Of a stretch of DNA of 64,000 nucleotides, positions 22,401 through 31,500 are shown piece after piece. The translations under genes and the position numbers were made by a program. Position 1 is the stretch's first letter. Each line of letters opens with the position of its first letter. The notes under the pieces were generated by a model, which worked only from the letters and a program-made list of their open reading frames with translations, was not told where the DNA came from and searched no databases. Source of the DNA: a virus; IMG/VR virus record IMGVR_UViG_3300046001_008198, positions 1-64,000 of that record; one strand, given 5' to 3'.

Positions 22401-25400
22401 AACATTAAAAAATCTCTTAAATTTAATTCTCGATTATCCAACTGGTTAGCTGAAACAGAACATACTTTAGCTATGTACCAAAAAACTTTGAAAGAAGAAT
22501 TGTTGGCTGATATTGGAATGACTGAACAAATAAGTAAAGATCCTGCAGGAAATGATGTTGTAAGTTACAGCGGAAATAATGATAAGCTAAAAGAATACAT
22601 TCAGAATCAATTGCGTAGTAAAGAATTACTTCCTGCTGAGGTTGAATTTATTATCGATAAAAATACGGGAGGTCTTCGAAGTGATTTATCTACATCGTTG
22701 AATGCCGAAACTATTGAAAAGATTTTGGTAACAATGATTGATAAAAAACTTCGCCGAATTAAAGTAACAGGAGAAGGATTTATTCAAGCTGCTGGATCTA
22801 TGTGGGAGCGGGTAGATTTTAAAAAGCCGACTGCTGAAGATTTAGAAACTTTTGGAACTAATGGTTTAAAAACATATCATCTAATTGATAAAGATGGCAA
22901 CATCATAACTGATCCTGCTCGTAAAGGAGAAGCTGTTCGTATTTCCAAAATGGAAGTAAAAATTGCAATGCAAGGAAGTTTTAAATTATTATTTGATCTG
23001 GATGACCATACTGGGAAAAAGATTAAAGTAATGAAGACTGTTACTAATTCAAAAGGGGTTACTAAAAACATTATTGATATGGAAGCGAGTATCGCTAATT
23101 TGAATAATGCTTTGAGAAATCAGGAATGGCGAGATAAACATGAACCGCTACTTACTTTAGCAGGTCCTCGTATCCCAACACAGGCGCAAAACTCTTTGGA
23201 GGCTGCAGTTATTGCTGAATTTTTACCACCATCTGCAGGAAATATAATTATTCTTCCTTCAGATATTGTTGCAAAAACAGGAGCGGATTATGATATTGAT
23301 AAGTTGTTCTTGAGCTATCCTAATATTGTTAAGATTGGAAAGTCTATTGAGTTACAGAAACATATTCCTGGTATTACCGAGTCAGATGATGCATTGAATA
23401 CTCAAATTGATAATTTGTATTTAGAAGCAGCGGGGATAGGTACTCAAATAGATGCTATTTATAAAAAGAAACAAGTAAAATTTAATTCTCTTTCTGTTGA
23501 AAAAGAAAATATTCGTGAATTAATTGCCGATCAGTTTTACATACAATCTTTGGATTTAGATAAAATTAAACAGCTGCAGATAAAAGTTACTAATATTCGG
23601 ATGAAGGAAGGTATGTATGAAACAATGCCTGTATCTCAAATGAAAGATGAATTACAGAAAACAATTAATCAGATTGATGTATTAATGGAAGCTCAAGAAG
23701 AGGTTGAGAAAAACATTAAGAATTATATGATTGCTGCTTTCGGAACCGATAAATATAATGAGTTGTTCATTGCTGAAAATAATCAAATATCAGAATTGGA
23801 GAATCAAAAACAAGCTGTTTATAATAAACTGGATTCGGTAAAGCGTGCTCTTTATGGTAAGAGTACTAAGGGCTTACAGAATGACATCCTAAGATTATTT
23901 GCAGAGCGTATTACAATGCCTGATAATTTTGGCGAATTGGTTAAGGCGAATCACACTCGTAATACAAAACCTGTGTTTGCTGCTAATAGTACACCTGAAA
24001 CAGTTAATGATGATATTATTTTTGAAGAGCTACAGGACTCTAATCAAATGGCCTATGATAAAAGAAATCGTGGTAAAAAAGGTACACCTGCAGGTATAAA
24101 AACTATTGCTAGTACAACCATCTTTGATTACATGTACAACTTACAAAAGCACGAAGAGAATACTGTTGGTATGGAATCTTTGGGAATCGCTGCTGTAGCA
24201 TCAACATACCATGCTGTATTTACACGTATGGGGGCGGCATTAGAAGGAGTACTTCCAGGAGAGAATGAAAGCATCCGAAAGGTTGTTCAAGATCACTTAG
24301 CGTCAATGAAAGATAAAAGTGTTAAAAGTAATTTGGAAGCTTTTAATTCATTGACAAAAAATTATAATAGCCGTACTTTGAGATTCGCTCACAATAAAAT
24401 TATTGATGAAACAGGTATTCAAATATCATTAGGTTCAATTAAGAGTTCTGATGGTAAAGTAATCTCGGATCTTATCGGCCAGTTGATTAATGGATACGTG
24501 GATGTTGCCAAAGATGCATGGATTTTTAATATTCAAGGTAATAAAGAAAACACACCTCAGTTATTATTTATGATAATGACAGGAGTTCCAATCAAGAGTG
24601 CTATTTATTTCTCAAGTCTTCCAATGATTAAAGAATACAATCGTATGAAGAAAGAATTGGTAGGTGTTTACGCGGGACTTGCTAACGGAAGTGGTTCAGT
24701 TTACACAAAAAGCAATGCTAAAAAAGAAGTTATTCGTAGATTGATTTCTAAATATCAGGATGCTATTCCAAAGGAATTGAAAGGAATCGATGTTGCTGAA
24801 AATCACAGGGCTCTTGCAGCATTGACCGAAGGGGAATTCGATCTTGCTAGTATTAAAAACATGATTAAAGAAAAAACTCCTTCTTACAGACAGTACGAAG
24901 CATTCTTGCATTATTTGGAAATAGAAGAGATGGCTGATGATATCAGTCAGTTCGAATCTGTAACTAAATTTGATACAGCGCAAACAGCGTCATTAAGTGA
25001 TGCTCAGAACCGTATTAATACAACTGCAGCATATCGTGATAAAACTTCTAAAGGAAGACGATCTGTAGTTCCTTCATCTTGGTATAAAGATTACTCAACT
25101 ACTTCTCCTGGTATCATGAATAATGATGACTTTACTATTAAAATGTTTAGTCAATACTTCCGATTAAGAAATCATCCACTGGTACTTAAAGCTAGTGCTA
25201 TGAAACTATTGGATAAAGATAAGAATGAAGCTTTGGGGTATGATATATCAACCCTGAGAAATGATTATAAGAATGACTTCTTATTTTACCTGTATCAAAA
25301 TGCAGTATGGAGTGATTCGTCTTACAACGGATTCACATTTAAAAGTGATGCTACTTTAGAGGATGAAGTGTTAATTGATGAAGAAGGAATGGTAATGTAT

Positions 25401-27935
25401 TACAATCCTGAAAAATTAAGACATGGTAGGACTCAGCATAATTATGAATTTAGCACAGCTCAAAAGAACAGTGATCCTACAAATCCAACTTACTTCTTTC
25501 CTACAGAGGCAATGTATTTGGCTTATAGATTGGAATTAGGTAAAGCCCGAATGATGAGTGAGGAAGAACTAAAAGAAAAGTATTCATATATGGTGTCAGA
25601 AAAACTTGCTGGTACAACCAGTGGTGAAAGTTTAAGAAGACGTATTGCATTATATAAGTCCAATAACCACATAGCATTCTTTAATTATCGATGGGGAATG
25701 GCAGGAATTCTTAAAGGTTTGGAAAGAAATAATCCTGAATTAGCTGGACAGTACGATCTGATTGATCACATCCGTGCTGATTATGATGCCAAAACTAAGA
25801 AGAGTAACTTAAAGCTGACTCAGGTTAAGGATGCAGACTTTTCTATTGTGTACCGCGAGAACTTAGAGGCACTGAAATCGTCTAAGATTCCTGAAATTGC
25901 AGAGTTCTTTAGTAAGTTTGAACACATGGCTATTATGCAAACAGGAATGAATAGAAGATCTACTTTTGATTTGACTCCTATTGTTGACCAAGAGAAGTTG
26001 CATTCTGTTATTGATTCCAATTATGGAATTGAATCTATTATTCAAGCATTGGATAGAGATTTGAATGCTGTAATAAAAGGTAAAAAGAAAATAGCTGAAG
26101 TTCCTTATTTAGGAGATTTCGATACTAAGTTTAAAGAGATGGTTGTTTCTTCTTATAAGCAGCGGGTCCGAGGTCACAATTATGTATCCGATGGTTCTAT
26201 TAAGGCTGCTACTAAACAAGTATCCGGAAAGAATGATAAGGTTGCTTTGATTTCCTGGTCGTATGTTGAAAATGAAATTGGAAATAATTTTGAAGAGCTT
26301 TCTAAAGTATTGGATAAAAGCTCCATGTTTACAGCAAAAAGAATCAATGAAGCTTACCTTCGTAAGATGCAGAGTTTACCTCAAGTTTATTTGGTTAAAG
26401 AAAAAATTGTTGCTCCTACACCAGCATTGCAAGAAAAGTTGGATACTCTTTTACAATTGTATTTTGGAATTGATAACACAGGTAGTATTCCTACATGGAA
26501 TGTTGTTGGTGCAGGACAAACAAAAGATAATATGTCTATTGCCGACAGTAAAACTTTAATGGAGCGTCATGGTATTAAAGATGAAAAGATGGCTAATATT
26601 TCTTCCAAAGCTATTGCTAGATCTGTTTCTGTAAAAGACAGTAGGCTTTCATCAACACAATCGTATATCGATGTTATCAATAAGAAGTATCCAGAAAGAT
26701 TAGCTGGAAATGTAAACTCTAAGTTTAGTTCTAAAGATAATGTGTGGATATTTGGTGCAGGTATTTTCAAAAATGCTTATGATGGTGTTTTAACAGAAGC
26801 TGAGTTTACTAAAAAAGTCAAGGATGAATTTGATGACTACTACGTTACAGAAATTGAGAAAGCTCTGAAAGCAAAAGTAAAAGTATTTAACATTGGTGTT
26901 GCTTCAGGTATTGACCAAATGGCTCGTGAGCACCTTAAAGAAAAAGGATTTATTGAAGTATATAAATACACAGCAGGTGGAGTTTATGTGACTTTATCTA
27001 CTCCTGAACTTGCATCTAGCGATATGTACGATGTTACTGCTCCTGAAATAGTAATGAGTAAATACTCAGGGTTTGGTAAATTTAAATCCGCTATTTATAA
27101 CAACAAGGTTATGACAACTATAGCAGGTACTACTAGCGAGAAGTTACTTAAAAATTCACCACTTCCTTATGTTGGTCCTTTTGTAGAATCTTTTTTGAAT
27201 ACACTATGGAATGCTCCAGGACAATATCAATACGAGATGGGCTTGCTTATGGCGAAACCAGGAAGGATTGTAATCGGCGATAGTATCATTGAAAGATTTG
27301 CTGAAGTGTATCTTATGCATAAGCGAAAAACTTATGGTAAAAAAGCAGCGCCTGTAGGTGTTGGAATTTCTTCTTTGTCAGAAGGTCAAAGGGCTGCTCT
27401 TAATAAAGAGAAACCTAATCAACAGCAATCTTTAAATATTTATTTTAGCACAAAAGAAAATGCTGATTTGAGTAATTTTGCTGAGAGACCTATAACTCTT
27501 AATGGTCAAACATTTAGAACACCTGAAGGTGCTTTTCAAGCTATGAAAATATTTTTTACAAATGCTGTTTTATTAGGTACTCCTGCCAGTAAAGAAAATT
27601 TAGAAATACTTGAAAAATTAAAAACTGCAACAGGAGCTGAAGCAAAAAGTTTAGGAACTAAAATTAAAGATTTATCAACTGCAACTTGGGATAGAGATTC
27701 ATCAGGAGTAATGAAAAATATACTTACACTTTCTTTTGAACAAAACCCACAAGCTTTAGCTAAACTTTTTGCTACCGGAAATGCTGTTCTTACACATACC
27801 CAAGATAAAGGTAAATGGGGAACAGAGTTTCCAAAATTACTTATGGAAGTAAGGAGTGAATTAAGATCTGAAGAATCTAATCCAAATGATATCACCCAAG
27901 AAGATGTTGATAAAACCCCAAATTGCGAAGGATAA
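16434..27935 (+). CDS. Virion-encapsidated DNA-directed RNA polymerase (single-chain, two-barrel, crAss-like), fused to zincin, SLOG-like and NADAR-like domains (3833 aa)
   Basis: GPRIPTQ and KTGADYDIDKLF (DYDID at 23286-23300, cf. DFDID of crAss-like vRNAPs); upstream DYHKRIAGMISTG and SDGAGWIT; HEVYH (18426-18440) + EEFLAEEF; NADAR motifs at 27431-27866. Confidence 0.9.
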   Translation: MKVCITETSLELFGNFFKRAIQAQLEKDQTYDMIVKELYKEALLAFNKDGNSEDSEVILQHLFVIPQLITAQFGSKPGSVTAEVMAAAGKDASFVYEQLQTPTLESIQGVVNHFAKLSNEQSVEVDAGVEPQWFDAISTTLFRLSFQGSLLNPQSGTYHDNIDDPAKVLENNVIRKVLNNQNDKGYKLQMMTLAQAKALGNVSDTTNYRDEQLPVMVLVNESGKVLRFDEQGTVTEDGGIPVFPIKTKAEQFNYNKELLIEQNMSIAGVTREAAVKMANDLIKSYLDNVSYGLSQIAAGTEVFADIDMAESQVGFLQLNTLNSTPLRDVTNLSELEFKVSVGAKQSKQLLVFAPNSSKPWSLDRGTLDSLSPEITEALLELMTNPYLKKDGSLISLTERSNMISMYIQQGDFGHVVFEKTDNKNSGAKYNAYAREWFKSATIGGIKYNIETPAEIEIFKQAFVDFTKAYKFKPHSPLAAISDTDHRLVSDMESVTKQGQIVKQEAGHVIGYKPDISFTLSEKAQLDDLIQVVMGVKDGELVMSNVMTRMSHITNHAMNNIVTNKNGEIRGAGSYIAFAPIKQKVVFDKTKLPPRRMSLEQRNRASAVQPFEETEADTWFKNHPMAGVLNLIVTDQLNSKGKGFLADFFMNTITLYKGSDKTSLYHEVYHAYFNGILSKAERDEVYGELRNQKGSFTTVVNGKAKTLNYSDATDLELEEFLAEEFRSYARNESKYNKQPESKIARFFKYLLELFNSFFGNRTHAEVRAYGLPELVETSFRNLYKGNIDASKFVTPMMSEALNQSVETGMDFTHQEVSIVMGSMNSMVSDYIQTVLNKSINADQISDLIWYRQIMVTTNVESEEYQTALGLYNESMGNSTTHGYGVFQLQDPELFGEMLMSHILPVFEYQLEVAKAELEEDPTSILAQNNADLLKKVWDNFGDATINPINHLGKTDSIIGLYLNNYAFIKPDASFGAALDVDTNDFNDAEAVEAFYKDNNNTSPFDLADEHTKILLSMIQGYTHNGMGTPIINRLGIPTLRNPKIIMGKILKLTANQITPEDILDALKTAALKDKEIAQLVAILGPLRATMEEGVDNSISVQITEHEQKQWSGFWGSINKPSVPLLQTTIERTKIKTFDEEGNEIESSEGTLELRSGRVGTQASQIIRTWGDNFNYNSTAQGAFYKTALDLRVLDMELLLSTYESLGFAPLDATNSFDMFHTTKQVGRKYRKSVRAAMAMPMYEADPFGFLEQLGMILPHTDEIREILMVGSAEYDIPGGLLNNLVEVLRNRPSGYSIESFDDLFKAYDYINSAGETVTVSPEGYKKEFAKISEYFDDSQVSSMARRADGETQSERPMHSSLTVAIATINSAKSYQELISTPGMEFWDISKNPIIGSSILTQMFRLDNPEFYGKRNQNIKLHLNLLSGSKLINGTAENGVSPIDSDNTTKFITDVYDTFSGHQEILRAADKSTSLTFYNTFIRKGSTKAEKGAIVPMEESQYMFGKNYKSTSLSFYNQFENHLEAELIRITRIKNLKKEIKDNPDKTYAFDKAFMDRGEGFNVFDVILQDDSLRDALTSLNLNENFIIGKILPKEVKAMIDKELRNYFIMRSSEILQDKGKLLPVIDSVKEKHGAKQSNEEFKKDLLDMFTVNNFIQNLNYAALFLGDSALYNVAGEDYHKRIAGMISTGTLFRFDNSWFDHVNTPEFGYDAFAKKHLSENMERIQERRPDYKKPVARTYIGYLNTAVIRESQHDSVYADHYMKMAGIDATEYKNMKESDGAGWITMDSYRTMAKSSNDWSQGQEDVFQAMLKGEEIDYDKAIATFPVRKYQYYGPVTTDNNRADAGKSPDLGMIAFHKYSLMPLIPLAIKGTKLEQLNEKLMEDGVDYVTMATGSKLSTVSKINSDNLNSAAVYDDLYSEDREILFDTDITNNKIHVRFLKRQVHIAEGFKGKINLPSQIRKMIYLGVSNNGVPIDSVADIDNIADNEWTNIKKSLKFNSRLSNWLAETEHTLAMYQKTLKEELLADIGMTEQISKDPAGNDVVSYSGNNDKLKEYIQNQLRSKELLPAEVEFIIDKNTGGLRSDLSTSLNAETIEKILVTMIDKKLRRIKVTGEGFIQAAGSMWERVDFKKPTAEDLETFGTNGLKTYHLIDKDGNIITDPARKGEAVRISKMEVKIAMQGSFKLLFDLDDHTGKKIKVMKTVTNSKGVTKNIIDMEASIANLNNALRNQEWRDKHEPLLTLAGPRIPTQAQNSLEAAVIAEFLPPSAGNIIILPSDIVAKTGADYDIDKLFLSYPNIVKIGKSIELQKHIPGITESDDALNTQIDNLYLEAAGIGTQIDAIYKKKQVKFNSLSVEKENIRELIADQFYIQSLDLDKIKQLQIKVTNIRMKEGMYETMPVSQMKDELQKTINQIDVLMEAQEEVEKNIKNYMIAAFGTDKYNELFIAENNQISELENQKQAVYNKLDSVKRALYGKSTKGLQNDILRLFAERITMPDNFGELVKANHTRNTKPVFAANSTPETVNDDIIFEELQDSNQMAYDKRNRGKKGTPAGIKTIASTTIFDYMYNLQKHEENTVGMESLGIAAVASTYHAVFTRMGAALEGVLPGENESIRKVVQDHLASMKDKSVKSNLEAFNSLTKNYNSRTLRFAHNKIIDETGIQISLGSIKSSDGKVISDLIGQLINGYVDVAKDAWIFNIQGNKENTPQLLFMIMTGVPIKSAIYFSSLPMIKEYNRMKKELVGVYAGLANGSGSVYTKSNAKKEVIRRLISKYQDAIPKELKGIDVAENHRALAALTEGEFDLASIKNMIKEKTPSYRQYEAFLHYLEIEEMADDISQFESVTKFDTAQTASLSDAQNRINTTAAYRDKTSKGRRSVVPSSWYKDYSTTSPGIMNNDDFTIKMFSQYFRLRNHPLVLKASAMKLLDKDKNEALGYDISTLRNDYKNDFLFYLYQNAVWSDSSYNGFTFKSDATLEDEVLIDEEGMVMYYNPEKLRHGRTQHNYEFSTAQKNSDPTNPTYFFPTEAMYLAYRLELGKARMMSEEELKEKYSYMVSEKLAGTTSGESLRRRIALYKSNNHIAFFNYRWGMAGILKGLERNNPELAGQYDLIDHIRADYDAKTKKSNLKLTQVKDADFSIVYRENLEALKSSKIPEIAEFFSKFEHMAIMQTGMNRRSTFDLTPIVDQEKLHSVIDSNYGIESIIQALDRDLNAVIKGKKKIAEVPYLGDFDTKFKEMVVSSYKQRVRGHNYVSDGSIKAATKQVSGKNDKVALISWSYVENEIGNNFEELSKVLDKSSMFTAKRINEAYLRKMQSLPQVYLVKEKIVAPTPALQEKLDTLLQLYFGIDNTGSIPTWNVVGAGQTKDNMSIADSKTLMERHGIKDEKMANISSKAIARSVSVKDSRLSSTQSYIDVINKKYPERLAGNVNSKFSSKDNVWIFGAGIFKNAYDGVLTEAEFTKKVKDEFDDYYVTEIEKALKAKVKVFNIGVASGIDQMAREHLKEKGFIEVYKYTAGGVYVTLSTPELASSDMYDVTAPEIVMSKYSGFGKFKSAIYNNKVMTTIAGTTSEKLLKNSPLPYVGPFVESFLNTLWNAPGQYQYEMGLLMAKPGRIVIGDSIIERFAEVYLMHKRKTYGKKAAPVGVGISSLSEGQRAALNKEKPNQQQSLNIYFSTKENADLSNFAERPITLNGQTFRTPEGAFQAMKIFFTNAVLLGTPASKENLEILEKLKTATGAEAKSLGTKIKDLSTATWDRDSSGVMKNILTLSFEQNPQALAKLFATGNAVLTHTQDKGKWGTEFPKLLMEVRSELRSEESNPNDITQEDVDKTPNCEG

Positions 27936-28522
27936 TGAGTTGTACATTAGAATCAAGACAAGCGGCTGTATTGGATACAGTTGCTGATATTTTTAAGAGT
28001 AAAACGGCTGACCTTGCTTTAGAGCAGGTTGGCCCATACTCTTTTATAGCTACTCCAAATAAGAGTAACACTCCTAGAAATTTATTAACCCGTGTGGCTA
28101 AAGCTCAGAAGGATGTATCCGATGTACTGGAAAAGAATCCTGAGTTCGGTGCTAAGTTTGCTTTTGGATGGGTGACTAGGAATTCAGATAATCCCCGTAA
28201 AATAAAGATAGGGTTAAAGGTTCCTGATAATTACACAAAGCTTCTGGAAGTAAAGCTTGGAAGTAAAAGTTTAGCTGATGTAAATAAAGCATTGGCTCAT
28301 GAAAGAAATTATAATTATTTTCGTGACAGAGGATTGTTTGAACAAGAGCAGCGTGAAAACACAATCGATGATAAGTTTGACCAGGAGGAGGAGGAAGAAT
28401 TGGAACTGGTTACGGATCAAGAGACAGGCCTTCCTGATTGGAATTATGATGCAACTAATGATGTATCTGTTCGAATTAATGATGAGGACTTAAATGAATT
28501 AATGAAATCTAAAAATTGTTAA
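27935..28522 (+). CDS. Small protein (195 aa) between vRNAP and 1942-aa protein, Cys at both termini
   Basis: ATG overlaps vRNAP stop (TAATG); MSCTLES...MKSKNC*; acidic C-terminal half. Confidence 0.8.
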   Translation: MSCTLESRQAAVLDTVADIFKSKTADLALEQVGPYSFIATPNKSNTPRNLLTRVAKAQKDVSDVLEKNPEFGAKFAFGWVTRNSDNPRKIKIGLKVPDNYTKLLEVKLGSKSLADVNKALAHERNYNYFRDRGLFEQEQRENTIDDKFDQEEEEELELVTDQETGLPDWNYDATNDVSVRINDEDLNELMKSKNC

Positions 28523-28523
28523 G

Positions 28524-31500
28524 ATGGGAATGTGCTTTCGTGATAAAAATGAAGAAACCAAGTTTAAAATTCTAGCAGGTGTTGTTGGTGAAAAAGAAGC
28601 ATGGAGAGATTTCTTTGAACAGAATGGTAATGTTCGTCCACCTTTAGTTGTTGTTAAAAAAATTGAAGATTTAGGCAATCAACCTGTAGCTATCGATGAA
28701 TTTCAGGAATATTACGAGAGTCTTCCTGAGGCAATTGATGAGCTACCAGTTGAACAAATCAACAATCTTTTGGCTGCAAATAGCAGAAAGGAAAGCATGC
28801 GTGCTGTGGAAACATTAAGTAAGCAGTTAGGCATTGAAGCAATTATTGTTACTCCACAGGAAGCGATGGAAATGAAGAAGTCTTCGGATCCAGGAATGGG
28901 TTTTTTCAGATCAGGAAAAGTTTATCTTGTCGAAGGAGCTTTTGATGCTGATACAATCTTCCATGAATTTTCACATCCTTTGGTTAAGAGTTTATCCAAA
29001 AATAATCGAGAGGTGTTTGAGTCTTTATTCAATGAAGTAATGGCATCGGATTTAGGGTTTCATTTAGTTTCTGGCATGGAGTCTTCTTCTTTAGATCCTG
29101 CAAGTAATGAATACAAGGAAGAGGTTATAGTAAGAGCAATGGAATTAATTAATCGGGAAGTTGTGGCTAAACCACAAAGCTGGTTAGATAAATTATTTTT
29201 TGCTTTTCGCCAGATGTTGAGAAAGGTTTTTAAAATTGATGCCTCTAAGCTGGCTCCTACAACAACACTCAAGCAATTGGTTACGATGCTTAATCAAGGC
29301 GATAGTTTTAAGTTAGACTATGAGGCTTTGAATGCTGATGATACTTTGATGCTCAAGATGGAGTCAGATGAATTAATGAAAAGAATTAATCAAGCTGGTG
29401 CTGATACTGCTCAAAAAATAATCAATGAGTTTGCTGATATGATTAAAGAGCAGGTTGCTGCAGCAGGAAAGCCAAATTCTATTTACTCTCAAATTGCAGA
29501 AGGTTTTACTAATGAAGAGAATGATGGTCTTCTACAAAACCTTCGTAAGATTACTGAGGTATTGAGCACTTCAGACAAATCCCGTAAAGCTGTCAAGTCA
29601 TTATCTGCTAATGTCCGAGATCAGGAAATAAATGAAGTTGTTACCAAACTGGAATCTATATTCAAAAGCATTGCCAAAGGAGAGGAAGTATTCAAAATGA
29701 TTCAGGAAAAAATGGCGATTCTTGAAAAGAAAGATGGAGTCATTGAAGATTTGGACGCGTTGCATGCACTTGGTCAGTATGCGCTGCAGTGGGATAACTT
29801 CTTGAATAAAACTTTGGATAAAAATGCACTCTACATGAATTTGTATAGTGATAATCAAGAAACAGCTTTTACCACTAGAATGACAACACTTGCCGAAAGT
29901 GCTACCAATTTAACCAGAGATATTGCAATTCAAAAAGCCCGTCTTGTTTCCAAGATAATAAGCGATCAGGTGAATAAAGAAAAAGCTCCTGTTACCGCTG
30001 CTTATTTGAAAAACCTAGATCAGTTGAGAGATTCAGGAAATATGAGAGATTATGATCGCATGCATACTGAATTTTATGGACTTTCTCCAGATGAGATGTT
30101 GGAATACAATCGATTGAACTCTGCCACTCCTGGAACCTTAACTGTAGCACAGCAGGAACGCTATACTAATTTTAGATTTTTAAAAACTCAAGGAACCGAA
30201 GTTACTCCCGATACAATAATGGATATGCTTATGGGACTTTCTCCTGATGCGGTTGCTTTAAATAATATTATTGAGGGTGCAGCTAACAGTCAGGATATAG
30301 TTGTAGGTGGGCTTCATACATTGGTTCGTAATCAAATGAATGAACTTCATGGTATTATGAATTCAAATCAAGCTGAGATGCTTAATAAAATTAATCCTCA
30401 CTTGAAAGCTACTGGATGGGATAAGAAAAGACATTTCGGAACCAATGGTATTGGTAGTGCTTTAAAGCAGGTTACTAATGTTGGACGACTTGTCAATAAT
30501 GAAATAGAAGATTTCCACGATTATCAATTTATGAATAACTTCAAAGATTGGGAAAAGGATATCAGTGTGTTACAGCATTCTATTAAATTGGCGGCCGATG
30601 AATATAAAAATTCTGGATTAGATGAGCATTACGATGAATACTTGAGAGCTACTGAAGCACTGGAAGATTTTAACAGGGCTTACATGCATCAAAAATATGT
30701 AGATGAGTATTACGATGTTCAGAAACTATTAAGAGGTGACATCGGTAGAGAAGTGCGTAAAAGACTTCATTTGTTTTATGGTGAAATGAATGAGATGCAG
30801 GATCTTGAATTACCTATTTGGGATCATCGTCAAACAGATCACATAAAAAATAAGTGGGTTGAGCTACGATGGATGAGTAGTATATACAATGCAGATGGAA
30901 CTGAGAAAGTTGGAAGAGAAAAAGAAATTGCTGAAAGATTGGCTGAATACAATGAGAAATCTCAGAAGTTTAAAGAGTCTGTTCGAAAAGAAGGAGTTTT
31001 TGAATTAGCTTACAATACTTTTGTTGAGAACTGGTTGGATGAAAATCCTGATCATACAATTGGAAGTTCTGCTTTCGAAGGGGCTCGTAATAGTTGGATG
31101 CGTAAGAATACTACTGTTCAAATTGATGAGGCTTACTATGAAAAAAGAGCTGCTCTTTATGATGAGAAGTCTGTCATATTAAAGAAGTTTAATGAGTTGA
31201 ATAAAGATATTGCTGATGTTGGAGATTTATACAAACAGATTTATGATTTGAATAAAAAGTCTAAAGATGATCAAGGTCAGTATGATGGGACAGCTCTTTC
31301 TGCAGCAAATCAGATCCGAATCAGGGATATGCATATTGAAATCGAAGAAGCAACTGAATTGTATTATCGAAGAAATGGATTAACTAAAGAGGAATACCGT
31401 GAGTACCGTGACATCATGATATATTTTGATACCAATGGTCATCAGTTTGAATCACCTACGGCTGAGTCGAGATACATGCAGCTTAAAGAATTGATTAATG

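Noticed and set aside
16425-28535. Split-intein or protein trans-splicing explanation for the terminal Cys
   Set aside because: No intein block A/B/F/G motifs or His-Asn ends near the junctions
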